Shown here piece by piece: positions 26,610-36,293 of a stretch of 64,000 nucleotides of DNA. The notes below the pieces were generated by a model that saw nothing but the letters and a program-made list of their open reading frames with translations, made no database searches and was not told the origin of the DNA. The DNA is taken from positions 1,696,001 to 1,760,000 of the forward strand of contig CAVVPN010000003.1 of assembly GCA_963750165.1 (NCBI GenBank), read 5' to 3'. The DNA comes from an uncultured Gemmataceae bacterium (lineage in GTDB: Bacteria > Planctomycetota > Planctomycetia > Gemmatales > Gemmataceae). Positions within the stretch are counted from its first letter, which is position 1. Every line of letters begins with the position of its first letter. The position numbers and the translations under genes are program-made.

Positions 26610-26845
26610 GGCTGCCCCAATCGCGCCCAGATTTCGGCAAGGGACTTGCCACCCAGTTCCTGGCTGATCTGGCGCAACTCCTCCTCCGTGGACTGCGCCT
26701 TCACCCAGTCGTAGACCAGGCGCCTGTACACCGCGTCGGGCAAAAAATGGCCCACCGTCTTGCCCGTTTCGTCACACACCTCCAGTTGATCGTCGAGCCC
26801 GTTCAGCACCGACCGCAACTGGGGATCCAGCGTGATTTTGCTCAT
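26606..26845 (-). CDS. Putative antitoxin
   Basis: 79 aa, acidic, directly upstream of and overlapping the toxin; GGAGG RBS; C-terminal GGKSLAEIWARL. Confidence 0.7.
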   Translation of the reverse strand: MSKITLDPQLRSVLNGLDDQLEVCDETGKTVGHFLPDAVYRRLVYDWVKAQSTEEELRQISQELGGKSLAEIWARLGQP

Positions 26846-26858
26846 AAGAAACCTCCGA

Positions 26859-28589
26859 TTACTCCGTCTCGGGCGGCTCGGGGATGCGGAACTCCGCGGT
26901 GCCGCTCACGTCCGCCGCCAGCGGGCTCTTGAGCGGCAATCGCAGAATGAACTTGCTCCCCTTGCCCGCCTGGCTCTGCACCAGAATGTCGCCGCCATGC
27001 TCGCGCAGAATCTTACGACTCACCGCCAGCCCCAACCCGGTGCCCCGCGCCCCCTTGGTGCTCACGAACGGCTTGAACAGGTCCGCCATCTTCTGCGGCG
27101 GTATGCCAACGCCGTTGTCCACCACCAGAATCCGCAGCCAACCGGGCTCCGGGTCCAGCCGCGCCCCCACCGTCACCTGCGGATTCTTGCGGTCCTCCAC
27201 CGCGTCCAGCGCGTTGCCCACGATGTTCAGCAGCGCGTGGTGCAACCCCTCCGGATCCACCGGCACTTGCGGTAGATGCTCGCCCGGGCTGTGCTCCAGC
27301 TTGACGCCCAGCTCCTTCGCCCGCGGCGCGCACAGGTCCACCACCTCCTGCGCCAGGGCGTTCACGTCCATCGCCTCCACCGCCGGCTCACGCTCCTTCG
27401 AGTAGCTGAGCATGTCCAGCACCAGATGGTAAATCTTCTCCTGGGCGCTCTCGGAAATCTTCCAGCCCTGCTGCAAATAGGCGTCGTTCTTCTCCGTGAT
27501 GCCCATGCGGAGGATTTCGTTGCCACTGCGCAGCTTTTGCAGGATGTTCTTGATGCCGTGCGACAGCGCCGCAATCGTCTGGCCGATGGCCGCCAGCCGC
27601 TCCGCCTGCAGCATCGCATGATGGTAGCGCGTCTCCTCCACCGCCAGCGCCGCCTGGTGCGCCACCGCGATCGCCAGCGCCAGGTGGTCCTCGGTGAACT
27701 TGCTGCCCGGCACCGGTTTGTCGAGGATGTCGCGCGGATTGCTGCGCGTATCGACGTAGAGCACGCCCAGCGTCTCGTGACGGCCCTTCATCGGCACGCA
27801 GATCACCTCGCGGATGCCGATGCGCACGATGCTCTGGCCGGTGTTGAAGCGCTCGTCCTGGGCGGCGTCGGTGACCAGCACGCCCTCCTTTTGCCGCAGC
27901 ACGTGCTCGACGATGGTGCTGCTCAGGTCGAACTTCTCGCCGCCGGCGCCGCCGTGCCGCCAGCGCACCGCCTTGGGCTCCAGCTGGTCGTCGTCGTTGC
28001 GAATCAGCACGCAGCCGCGGTCCGCCTCAATGGAGCGGAACACCAGCTCCAAAATGCGGTCCAGCAGTTGATTGAGGTCGAGAATGTGGCTGACCGCCTG
28101 CGACGCCTCATACATGATCGTCAGGTTGGCCAGCGCCGTCTTGAGCCAGGGGTTCTTGGCCTTATCGGGCTGCTTCAACAGCCGGCTGCCCTCGGTCTCG
28201 CTGATGGTCTTGATGATCGCGCTGGACATCTCCAGGTCGTGCCGCGTAATCATGCTGATCTTTTCGGCCAGGTCGCTGGCGGCGGCCGGGGTGTCGCCGC
28301 GGCCAGTGCTGTAGACCAGCGTGGTCTGGCCGATCTGGATGTGGTCGCCGGCCTGCAGTGCCGCCTCGGTGACCGGCTGGTTGTTGACGAAGGTGCCGTT
28401 GGCGCTGCCGACGTCCAGCACGCGGTAGGCGCCGTCCTCGGTCCGGACGAACTCGGCGTGGCGGCGCGACACCTCGGTGTCGTGCAGCCGCACGGCGTTG
28501 CCGGCGTCCCGACCGACGCCGAGCCGCGCCCCGGTCAGCTCGAATTGCTTGCCCTCGTCGGCGCCCTTGATGACCAGCACGCGCGGCAC
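26859..28589 (-). CDS. FHA-GAF sensor histidine kinase
   Basis: FHA (GR...VSRRHA...GSANGTFVN), GAF (ICVPMKG...GVLYVD), H-box LSHGIKN, N-box NALDA, DNGVG, F...GTGLGL; GTG 28589 with GGGGAG RBS. Confidence 0.92.
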   Translation of the reverse strand: MPRVLVIKGADEGKQFELTGARLGVGRDAGNAVRLHDTEVSRRHAEFVRTEDGAYRVLDVGSANGTFVNNQPVTEAALQAGDHIQIGQTTLVYSTGRGDTPAAASDLAEKISMITRHDLEMSSAIIKTISETEGSRLLKQPDKAKNPWLKTALANLTIMYEASQAVSHILDLNQLLDRILELVFRSIEADRGCVLIRNDDDQLEPKAVRWRHGGAGGEKFDLSSTIVEHVLRQKEGVLVTDAAQDERFNTGQSIVRIGIREVICVPMKGRHETLGVLYVDTRSNPRDILDKPVPGSKFTEDHLALAIAVAHQAALAVEETRYHHAMLQAERLAAIGQTIAALSHGIKNILQKLRSGNEILRMGITEKNDAYLQQGWKISESAQEKIYHLVLDMLSYSKEREPAVEAMDVNALAQEVVDLCAPRAKELGVKLEHSPGEHLPQVPVDPEGLHHALLNIVGNALDAVEDRKNPQVTVGARLDPEPGWLRILVVDNGVGIPPQKMADLFKPFVSTKGARGTGLGLAVSRKILREHGGDILVQSQAGKGSKFILRLPLKSPLAADVSGTAEFRIPEPPETE

Positions 28590-28711
28590 GGTGCTCTCCC
28601 CGGAAAAAACGCCGCCCACCGCGGCGAAGCGCGTCGCCCTCCGTCGATGTTCACGATAAGCAGCGGCGCGGCCGGGGTCAACGGCAGCGCCGACCCAAGC
28701 TGGAGGAAGCG

Positions 28712-28805
28712 GATTCACCACAAAGACACAAAGAACACAAAGGGAAGACAGGGAGGAGAATGAGAATCCTTTTCCCTTTTCTTCTTTGTGTCTTTGTGGT
28801 GAATC
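28712..28805. repeat. 9-nt-periodic inverted repeat element
   Basis: GATTCACCACAAAGACACAAAG / CTTTGTGTCTTTGTGGTGAATC, 22-bp perfect arms. Confidence 0.85.
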
Positions 28806-28809
28806 TCCT

Positions 28810-30633
28810 CTACGCCCCTGCCCGTTCGCGCTGCTCCTGTTGCCGGCGCCACAGCGCCGCGTAAGCACCGCCCAGTGCCAGCAGTTCGGCGTGCGTGCCG
28901 CGCTCGCGCAGCCGACCGTCCTCCAGCACGAAAACGTGGTCCGCCGTCACCACGCTGCTCAGCCGGTGCGTGATGGTAATCACCGTCCGCTCCTTCGCCA
29001 CCTTGCGCAGCGTCTCGGTCAGCGCCGCCTCCGTGGCGTAGTCCAGGGCGCTGGTGGCCTCGTCGAGCACCAGAATGGCCGGGTCGCGCACCAGGGCGCG
29101 GGCGATGGCCAACCGCTGCCGCTGACCGCCCGACAGCTGGCTGCCGCGCTCGCCGACCAGCGTGTCATAGCCCGCCGGCAGCGCCGCGATGAAGTCGTGG
29201 ATCTCCGCCGCCCGCGCCGCCGCCTCGACCTGTTCGCGACTCGCGTCGGGCCGGCCCAGGCGGATGTTCTCCAGAATACTGGCGTTGAACAGCAGGCTCT
29301 CCTGAAAGACCATGCCGATCTGCGCCCGCAGCGACTCCTGCGTCACCGTGCGCAGATCGTGACCGTCGATGCGCACCGCCCCCTTGTCCGGATCGTAAAA
29401 GCGCAGCAGCAGGTTCAGCACCGTGCTCTTGCCGGCGCCGCTGGTGCCGACGAACGCCGCCACCGAGCCGCGAGCGATGCGCACGTCCAGGTCCTCCAGG
29501 GCGAACGAACCCTCGGCGTAGCGGAAGCTCACATGGTCGAATACGAGGTCGCGCTGCAGGCGCGGCAGCGGCAGCGCGTCCGCGGCGTCGCGCACCTGCG
29601 GTTGCTGAGTGAACAGGTCGTTCAGGTGGTGAATGCTGCCGGCGGCCTGAGCCAGCGTCGGCACGTACTGCATCACGTAGGTCAGGGCGTAGCCCATCGA
29701 CAGGAACGTGGCCTCGAAGGCGACCAGGGTGCCGACCGTCAGTTCGCCCTGGTAGGCCCAGTAGGCGCCCAGGCCGAAGGTGAGCAGGTGGATGAGGTAG
29801 ACGCCGGTGTGCGACGAGCGCTCCACCAGCGCACCGAGAAAGTTGACGCGGAAGGCGACCGCCAGCCAGGCCCGATTGAGGCTCTGGAACCGGGAGCCGA
29901 CCAGGGCGTGCAGGCCGAACGCCTTGACCACCGTCTGGCCGGTGACGTTCTCCTGCACGGCGCTGAGCACCTCCGCCTCGCGCTGCCGCTTGTTGTAACT
30001 CAGGGCGAAGGAGCGCACGGCGAACGGCCGCGGCCCCAACAACAGCAGCGGAAACACCAGCAGCCCCAGCAGGCCCAGCCAGAAGTTGAACATCAACAGC
30101 AGCACGACGGAGTACATCACTTCCAGCAGCGGCACCAGGCACCACGGCACCGCGGTGATGAGAGTGCCCTCCAGGGCGACCAGGTCGCCGCTGAAGCGCG
30201 ACAGCACGCCGCCCGCCTGGGTGCGCGTGAAGAACGGCATCGACAGCCGTTGCAGGTGATCGAAGAGCCGCTGCCGCACGTCCAGGATCATGGTGGAGAA
30301 GACGCGGGCGTTGAGGTAGTCGCTGGCCAGGCCGAGCGCGGCCACCGCCACCGCCGCGACGCCGAGGAAGACCAGCACCAGCACGACCGCGTGAAAGTCG
30401 TGGCGGATCAGGCCCTCGTCCACGAGGTACTGCGTCGCCAGGGGGAAGGCGAAGTTGAAGACGGTTTCGATGAGCAGGACGACCGCCAGCAGCGCCAGGG
30501 GGCGGCGGTGCGGGCGCAGGTACGGCCCCAGGAAACGGGCGATGTCCCACAGGTCGCGGGCGTGGACTTCCTCGGTTTCTTCGGAGTCGTCCTCGTCTTC
30601 GTCAGCCTCGTCGGGAAGCGGCTCGGTTTTCAT
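28810..30633 (-). CDS. ABC exporter, fused permease/ATPase (MsbA/MdlB-like)
   Basis: Six hydrophobic segments; GTSGAGKS Walker A, LSGGQRQR signature, ILVLDEATSALD Walker B. Confidence 0.95.
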   Translation of the reverse strand: MKTEPLPDEADEDEDDSEETEEVHARDLWDIARFLGPYLRPHRRPLALLAVVLLIETVFNFAFPLATQYLVDEGLIRHDFHAVVLVLVFLGVAAVAVAALGLASDYLNARVFSTMILDVRQRLFDHLQRLSMPFFTRTQAGGVLSRFSGDLVALEGTLITAVPWCLVPLLEVMYSVVLLLMFNFWLGLLGLLVFPLLLLGPRPFAVRSFALSYNKRQREAEVLSAVQENVTGQTVVKAFGLHALVGSRFQSLNRAWLAVAFRVNFLGALVERSSHTGVYLIHLLTFGLGAYWAYQGELTVGTLVAFEATFLSMGYALTYVMQYVPTLAQAAGSIHHLNDLFTQQPQVRDAADALPLPRLQRDLVFDHVSFRYAEGSFALEDLDVRIARGSVAAFVGTSGAGKSTVLNLLLRFYDPDKGAVRIDGHDLRTVTQESLRAQIGMVFQESLLFNASILENIRLGRPDASREQVEAAARAAEIHDFIAALPAGYDTLVGERGSQLSGGQRQRLAIARALVRDPAILVLDEATSALDYATEAALTETLRKVAKERTVITITHRLSSVVTADHVFVLEDGRLRERGTHAELLALGGAYAALWRRQQEQRERAGA

Positions 30634-30645
30634 GAGGGTGAGAGG

Positions 30646-32769
30646 TCACCGGGTCCGCGACAGCACCCGGCCGCGCTTCTTCGGGGCTGGCGGCCGCGGC
30701 GCGTTGGGCTTGCTGTAGAAGCAGTAGCGCATGCTCTCCGCGTCCGGATACCACGGAGCGTCGCCCTCGTTGGCGTCCGTCTCGATCTTCCACGCCCGGC
30801 GCAGCACCCTGGGGTTGCTCGTCGCCACGCGCCAGCCGTTGCGCACGAAGAGTTCGGACCACTCCCAGAGCGTGAACAGCGACCGTGCGTCCTCGAAGAT
30901 ATCGTACGCCTCGATGACCTCTGGCGTCATGTCCGCGGTGTAACCGCCGTAGAAGACGCCCACCCGGCAGACGCGGAACAGCTCGCGAATCGCCTGGTCC
31001 AGGTCCGCTTCCGGCAAATGGCACAGGCAGGTGTCATACGCGAAGTCAAAATGGTTGTCCGGGAACGGCAGCTTGCGCACATCGCCGAGGAGGTTGCGTT
31101 TCCGCCATTTCGCGGGAGTGCGGCGGTGGATGTACTCGCTGTTCTCGACGCCCCAGGCCTCGACGCCGAGCTTCGCGAACAGCGGCAGCGTCAGCCCACT
31201 GGCGGAGCCGCAGTCCAGCAGCCGATACGGCGGCGCCCAGCCCCAGATCGTTTCGATCAGGTCCGTCGTGTAGTGCTCGCAGAAATACTCCTTGAACGCC
31301 TCCTCGTAGGAGCGCTCGCCGTCGTACAGGTCGTGGTACTCGGCACCGACACAGCCGGTGTGGTAGCCGTTGGTGCCGGCGTGGCCGTTGACGGCGGCCG
31401 GCGGCGCAGGGGCGTACTTCTGCTTGCGCAGCCGCGTCATGATGAGATCGGTCACGTAGTCGGCGGAGTCATAGGTACCGTTGATGGTCGAGTCAAACAG
31501 GTAGTCGCCGGCGAGGTACAGGCCGGGGTGGCCGTGCGGCTCGGGCAGATGACGGCGGCGGATGTCGTGTGTCGGCTGGCCGCCGGGCTGGCCGCTGATG
31601 GTGCCGATCCAGCGATGCACCCGGCCTTCCAGGAACAGTTCGCGGCCGTGCGCCAGTGGTGCGGGCAGCGCGTCGAGGACCATTTCGATGAGTCGGGCTT
31701 CGTCGTGATTGCTCAGGGCCAGGGCGTCGTTACCGGCGAGCAGCCAGCCGAGCACGCCGTAGGGTTCGCAGGCGTGGCGGACGCCCTCGTCGTAGACGCA
31801 GCAGCCGCCGAAGGCGTCCGTCATGAAATAGGCGCCCGGCACCCGCTCGCGCCAGAAGGGCTGTTTGAATAGCAAGCTCACGCGCAGGTAATGGGCCGGC
31901 CGGTCGTAGTGGGCCAGGTGCTGCTGCATCGCCAGGCGCAGCTCACGGCTGCCCCAGTCCAGGCAGCCCAGCCAGTAGTTGGGCAATGCCAGCACCACCA
32001 GGTCGAAGTCGTGCTCCTCAAAGCGGCCCTGGCGGCGGGCGGTGACGCGGTAGGTGCCGGCGGCGTTTTTGCCGACGCGCACCACGGGGCTTTCGAGCAG
32101 CACCGGCGACTGAATACGCTTGCACAGGCCGTCGGTGAGGCGCTCGATACCGCCCTCAATGGCGTACAGCCGCAGGTAGTCCGGGTGATCCATCAGGACA
32201 TTTTTCAGACCATTGAGAGCGCTGGTCAGGTGCGGCTCGGTGGCCACGTCACTGCGGGCGGCGATTTCGACGTACCGGCGGGCGGTGTCGTCGGGGATCT
32301 CGTCAAGCACCTCGCGGAAGGTCTTGTTGGCCCAGGGGTGGCGGTTGTCGTCGTCGGTGTAGCCCTCGTAGTAGTCCGTCGGCGAGCACAGTTCACGGCA
32401 GCGCTGGTGGAAGGCACGCAGGGCCTGCAGCGTGGCGGGGCCGCAATGCCGCTGGATGTCGCGGTCGTGGCGCAGGATGGCGTCGCCAAGAATGACGGCC
32501 GGCCCGTGCATCGGAATGGTCTTCAGGCCGAACTTTTTGGCCAGCTGCCGAACCGGGTCGGGGCCGAAGTGGGCATAGCTGTACAGCTCGGCGACGCCGG
32601 CCTCGTAGGGTACGGGCGCGGTGCGGAAGCGCTCGGTGAGCACCTTCCCGCCCAGCCGCGGCCCGGCCTCGAAGAGGGTGATCTCGCACAGGTCGGCACA
32701 AAATTGTTCCAGCAAATAAGCGGTCAGCAGCCCCCCCGGGCCGCCGCCAACGATGGCAATGCGCGTCAT
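30646..32769 (-). CDS. FAD-dependent amine-oxidase-like oxidoreductase fused to class I SAM methyltransferase
   Basis: IAIVGGGPGGL...FEAGPRLGGK dinucleotide motif, LYLAGDY; C-terminal LLDCGSASG, LGDVRKLPFPDNHFD, AIRELFRV. Confidence 0.85.
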   Translation of the reverse strand: MTRIAIVGGGPGGLLTAYLLEQFCADLCEITLFEAGPRLGGKVLTERFRTAPVPYEAGVAELYSYAHFGPDPVRQLAKKFGLKTIPMHGPAVILGDAILRHDRDIQRHCGPATLQALRAFHQRCRELCSPTDYYEGYTDDDNRHPWANKTFREVLDEIPDDTARRYVEIAARSDVATEPHLTSALNGLKNVLMDHPDYLRLYAIEGGIERLTDGLCKRIQSPVLLESPVVRVGKNAAGTYRVTARRQGRFEEHDFDLVVLALPNYWLGCLDWGSRELRLAMQQHLAHYDRPAHYLRVSLLFKQPFWRERVPGAYFMTDAFGGCCVYDEGVRHACEPYGVLGWLLAGNDALALSNHDEARLIEMVLDALPAPLAHGRELFLEGRVHRWIGTISGQPGGQPTHDIRRRHLPEPHGHPGLYLAGDYLFDSTINGTYDSADYVTDLIMTRLRKQKYAPAPPAAVNGHAGTNGYHTGCVGAEYHDLYDGERSYEEAFKEYFCEHYTTDLIETIWGWAPPYRLLDCGSASGLTLPLFAKLGVEAWGVENSEYIHRRTPAKWRKRNLLGDVRKLPFPDNHFDFAYDTCLCHLPEADLDQAIRELFRVCRVGVFYGGYTADMTPEVIEAYDIFEDARSLFTLWEWSELFVRNGWRVATSNPRVLRRAWKIETDANEGDAPWYPDAESMRYCFYSKPNAPRPPAPKKRGRVLSRTR

Positions 32770-32917
32770 AAAACGGGGTGTCTCCGGTGCCGAGCACGGC
32801 AGGGGCGAACGGTCCATGTCGATATTCAACCCTGATTGTCGCGCCGGGTTCTGCCGCAGCAAGGCAGAGACCGCATTCATGAATGCTTTTTCATGGATGC
32901 AGGTCAAGAAGAAGACA

Positions 32918-32997
32918 AATCACGAAAGCCCGAAACCACGAAAACCACGAAAAAGGTTTTGATTTCGTGGTTTTCGTGGTTTCGGGCTTTCGTGATT
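32918..32997. repeat. 9-nt-periodic inverted repeat element (could also act as terminator)
   Basis: AATCACGAAAGCCCGAAACCACGAAAACCACGAAA and its perfect 35-bp complement. Confidence 0.85.
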
Positions 32998-33004
32998 CGC
33001 CTTT

Positions 33005-35674
33005 TCACAGCACGCCGCGCTCGAAGTTGGCCGCGTGGCCGCCCGGCACCGCCTGGCCCGCGCGCACCGCACGCCAGCGCTGCCGCACCACCGCCGGGTC
33101 GTAGGGTCGATAAATGAAGTCCGCCCGCAGTTGCACCGCGCCCGCCGCCGCCAGCTGCCGCAGTTTCGTGGACAGGCAGAACGGCCCCTGGTTGAGCACG
33201 ATGGTGCGGCAATGATAATCCAGCGCCGTCACGCGCTCGCCGTGGCTGCTCATCATGTCCATGCTCTCGAACCGGCAGTTCGCCTTGCCCGGACAGCCGC
33301 CGATCAGGTTCGCATACGCACACGACTCCGCCAGGAACTGCGGCGTGTCCTGGTAGACGATGAGCACCGCCCGCGGCCCAAACTCTACCAGCAGCGGCCG
33401 CAGGTTGTCCAGGCCGTCCTCCGGCGACAGCGCGAAGCGCGTCACGCCCAGTTCGAGCAACTGCTGAACGGCCAGGCGGTTGAGCACGTACACCGACCAG
33501 TCCGTCGCCAGGTCGAGGCCGGCGGTCGGCGCCAGGTAGGTCCACGCGGACAGGTTCGCGGCCTCCCACCTGTGCCAGCCGGCGGCCCGCAGTTTTTCCA
33601 GCTTCAGCAGCAGACCGTGCTCCTCCCACTTGCGCGTCAACGGCGGCAGCGCCAGACGAATACGGTCGCGGCCCAGCGGCGCTTCCAGGTCGTGGAGTTT
33701 TTCCAGCAGCGCGGTCGGATGGTCGCGCGCAATGTCGATGACCAGCTCGTCCACGTTGTCCCAGTCCGCGGCCTCGAAGTGCTCGACGAAGCCGACGCGA
33801 TCCACCTTGAGCGACCAGCGGAACGGCGCGTGGGACCGGTGGGCCGCCGGTCCGACGGAAGCGGGGCACACCTCCGCCTGCACCTGCTGAATGCGTGCGC
33901 TGAGCGCCTGGTGCAGCGCTGCTTCCACGGCTTCGGTCAGTTCGCGGCGCAGCGCGTTGAGTTTCGAGACAGGTACGAACAGCCCCTGCGGGTTGTCGAA
34001 GTGGAAGGCACCCAGCGTCAAGCGTGTGTCACCGAGCTTCTCGAACGCGGCCCGCGCCGCGGCGGTCATGGTGTCGGCGTGCTGCGCCGGCGCGAACGGC
34101 CCCGACAGTGTGCGCGTCACCTCCGCCCCTGCCACCCAACCTATCACCGTCAGCGCGTCGGCGCCGAGCGTCGCCGTCACGTCCAGCGACCGTCGCGTAC
34201 GGAACAGGCCCGGTTTCGGCCGGCTGTGGCGGTAACGCTGCTTGACCGCCTGCGACGACGAGCAGTAAATCGGTGCGTCCGCCGGGATCTGCGGATGATC
34301 CGCCGGCAGTGCCACCTCAACCACGCTGCCCGCCGGCGCCTCGACCACCGGCCGCCCCGGGCCGCGCTTGCCGCCGGTCAGCCAGAGAGTATCGACCGCG
34401 AAGCCGAAGGGCTTGCCGAGCACCGGCAGGTCGATCTGCAAACCGTCGTGCCGCTGCAAGGCGCGGGCGGTACGGAAGCGCAGCCGCGCCGGAGAGCCGC
34501 CGCGCACCGCCAGCACGTGGCCGATCAGCGTGCCACGGTGGCCAACCGTGTCGCGATCCGCCACCTCCTTGTCCCTGTGCGACGCCACGAACAACCGCGT
34601 CCACGGCCGGCTGAAGACCGTTTGCAGGTCCGCCTCCTGCACGGCGCGCTCGTCCGGGCTCAGGTTGCCGTCGAGCAGTTTGCGATAATAGTCCGTCGTG
34701 GTCGCCACATACAGCGGGCTCTTTTTGCGGCCCTCGATCTTGAAGCAGGCGACGCCGGCGCCGCGCAGCGCCGGCAAATGGTCCGGCAGCGCCAGGTCCT
34801 TCATCGAGAACGGAAAGCCCGTGGCCGGGTCGCGCTTGACCGGCGTGCCGTCGCGCAACGTCGTCGGAGCGTCGGCGACCTCGTAGGAATCGCGGCAGGA
34901 GTACGCACACTTGCCGCGGTTACCGCTGCGGCCCAGCGTCTGCGACGAGAACAGACACAGGCCGCTGTACGAGTAGCACAGCGCTCCGTGGACGAACACC
35001 TCCGTCTCGATGCCCGCCGTGGCCGTCACGTCGCGCACCTCCTCGAAGGTCAGCTCGCGGGCCAGCACCACGCGCGTGAAGCCGAGCGCGTGCAGCGCCG
35101 CGGCGCCGGCGCGGTTGTGGACCGCCAGCTGCGTGCTGGCGTGCAATTCCAGCGTCGGGAAGTGGCGGCGCACCAGGTGGTAGACACCCAGGTCCTGGAT
35201 GATGAGGGCATCGACGCCAATGTCGGCGAGGTGGGCCACGGCGTCCACGAGTTCGGCCAGTTCGTCCTGGCGGATGAGGGTGTTGATGGTGACGAACACG
35301 CGGCGGCGCGGCGTCAAACTGTGGGCGTAGGTGGTGACCTCCGCAACCTCATCGAGAGTGAAGTTCTCGGCTTCGGCGCGGGCGGAGAATTTTTGAAGGC
35401 CGAGGTAGATGGCGTCGGCGCCGTAATGGAAAGCCGCATAGGCTGCGTCCGGCCCGCCCGCCGGGGCCAGCAATTCCGTGGCGTGGCGAGCGCTGGTCGA
35501 AGCCGGGAGCGGCGACGTATCCGGGACGCTGCCGGCGCCGTAGGCGCCCTGCGGCGCATCGGGTTCGGGGGCCGTGGCGGCGCCGACGGACGGCAACGGT
35601 TCGACGGTGCTCCAGCCATGCCACTCGGCGGGGGCCTGGACCAGGGGAAGGCTCAACGTGCGGCCGTGCAGCAT
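33005..35674 (-). CDS. U32-family protein, long form (RlhA/TrhP-like RNA hydroxylation family)
   Basis: ELLAPAG, GADAIYLG, HASTQ, RVVLARE, EVFVHGALCYSYSGLC, NRGKCAYSCR, FKIEGRKK; start uncertain. Confidence 0.88.
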   Translation of the reverse strand: MLHGRTLSLPLVQAPAEWHGWSTVEPLPSVGAATAPEPDAPQGAYGAGSVPDTSPLPASTSARHATELLAPAGGPDAAYAAFHYGADAIYLGLQKFSARAEAENFTLDEVAEVTTYAHSLTPRRRVFVTINTLIRQDELAELVDAVAHLADIGVDALIIQDLGVYHLVRRHFPTLELHASTQLAVHNRAGAAALHALGFTRVVLARELTFEEVRDVTATAGIETEVFVHGALCYSYSGLCLFSSQTLGRSGNRGKCAYSCRDSYEVADAPTTLRDGTPVKRDPATGFPFSMKDLALPDHLPALRGAGVACFKIEGRKKSPLYVATTTDYYRKLLDGNLSPDERAVQEADLQTVFSRPWTRLFVASHRDKEVADRDTVGHRGTLIGHVLAVRGGSPARLRFRTARALQRHDGLQIDLPVLGKPFGFAVDTLWLTGGKRGPGRPVVEAPAGSVVEVALPADHPQIPADAPIYCSSSQAVKQRYRHSRPKPGLFRTRRSLDVTATLGADALTVIGWVAGAEVTRTLSGPFAPAQHADTMTAAARAAFEKLGDTRLTLGAFHFDNPQGLFVPVSKLNALRRELTEAVEAALHQALSARIQQVQAEVCPASVGPAAHRSHAPFRWSLKVDRVGFVEHFEAADWDNVDELVIDIARDHPTALLEKLHDLEAPLGRDRIRLALPPLTRKWEEHGLLLKLEKLRAAGWHRWEAANLSAWTYLAPTAGLDLATDWSVYVLNRLAVQQLLELGVTRFALSPEDGLDNLRPLLVEFGPRAVLIVYQDTPQFLAESCAYANLIGGCPGKANCRFESMDMMSSHGERVTALDYHCRTIVLNQGPFCLSTKLRQLAAAGAVQLRADFIYRPYDPAVVRQRWRAVRAGQAVPGGHAANFERGVL

Positions 35675-36037
35675 ACAAGGCGTCCGGTCAAGGAGTCAAC
35701 GAGAGCAAGATCAGAAAAGTTCATGATACCCGGTTCGGGGCACGCAGGGAACAGCGGCGGGAAAAAGATCGGGTTGGAAGCGGCGAGTTCCCCCCGCCAG
35801 GGAGGACGCTTCCAACCCGCGAGCGAATGGGAAGAGGTGCCACTTCCCCGGCGCCAGGCCGGTACTGCGAAGGCGGGAGTTGCATGTGTGTGGAAGAAAA
35901 TAACCGAGAATCGTGCAAGTTTGGTGAACGGCGGGAAAAAAAATTGCGAAACCTGGCAAGCCTCAGCAAGATGAACCTATTGCATACCAGGCACTTAAAG
36001 CAAAGTTTCAAATTTTCCGATTTTTCCAATTATTCCC

Positions 36038-36065
36038 TTGCCAGCGGGGAGAGGTCGGATAATAT
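36038..36065 (+). promoter_or_regulatory. Putative sigma70 promoter
   Basis: TTGCCA-N16-TAATAT preceded by an AT-rich tract. Confidence 0.5.
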
Positions 36066-36069
36066 GTGG

Positions 36070-36137
36070 GTGTCCCGCTGGCTGGTAACTTCGGTGACTG
36101 GGCGACGCCGAGGAAATCAACAGCGGGACATTTTTTT
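36070..36137 (+). ncRNA. Candidate small RNA or attenuator (~70 nt)
   Basis: TGTCCCGCTG/CAGCGGGACA closing stem, internal cTTCGg-capped hairpin, followed by T7. Confidence 0.4.
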
Positions 36138-36164
36138 CGCACCCAACTCCAAACTTCCCAAATA

Positions 36165-36286
36165 ATTCACCACGGAGAGCGCAGAGAAAAGACCAATTCA
36201 ACTGTCTTTATCGGTGTTTATCTATGGCATCTGTGGATCGATTCTTCGGTCTTCTCTCTGCGCTCTTCGCGTGCTCTGTGGTGAAT
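36165..36286. repeat. 9-nt-periodic inverted repeat element
   Basis: ATTCACCACGGAGAGCGCAGAG ... CTCTGCGCTCTTCGCGTGCTCTGTGGTGAAT. Confidence 0.7.
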
Positions 36287-36293
36287 CATCTGA

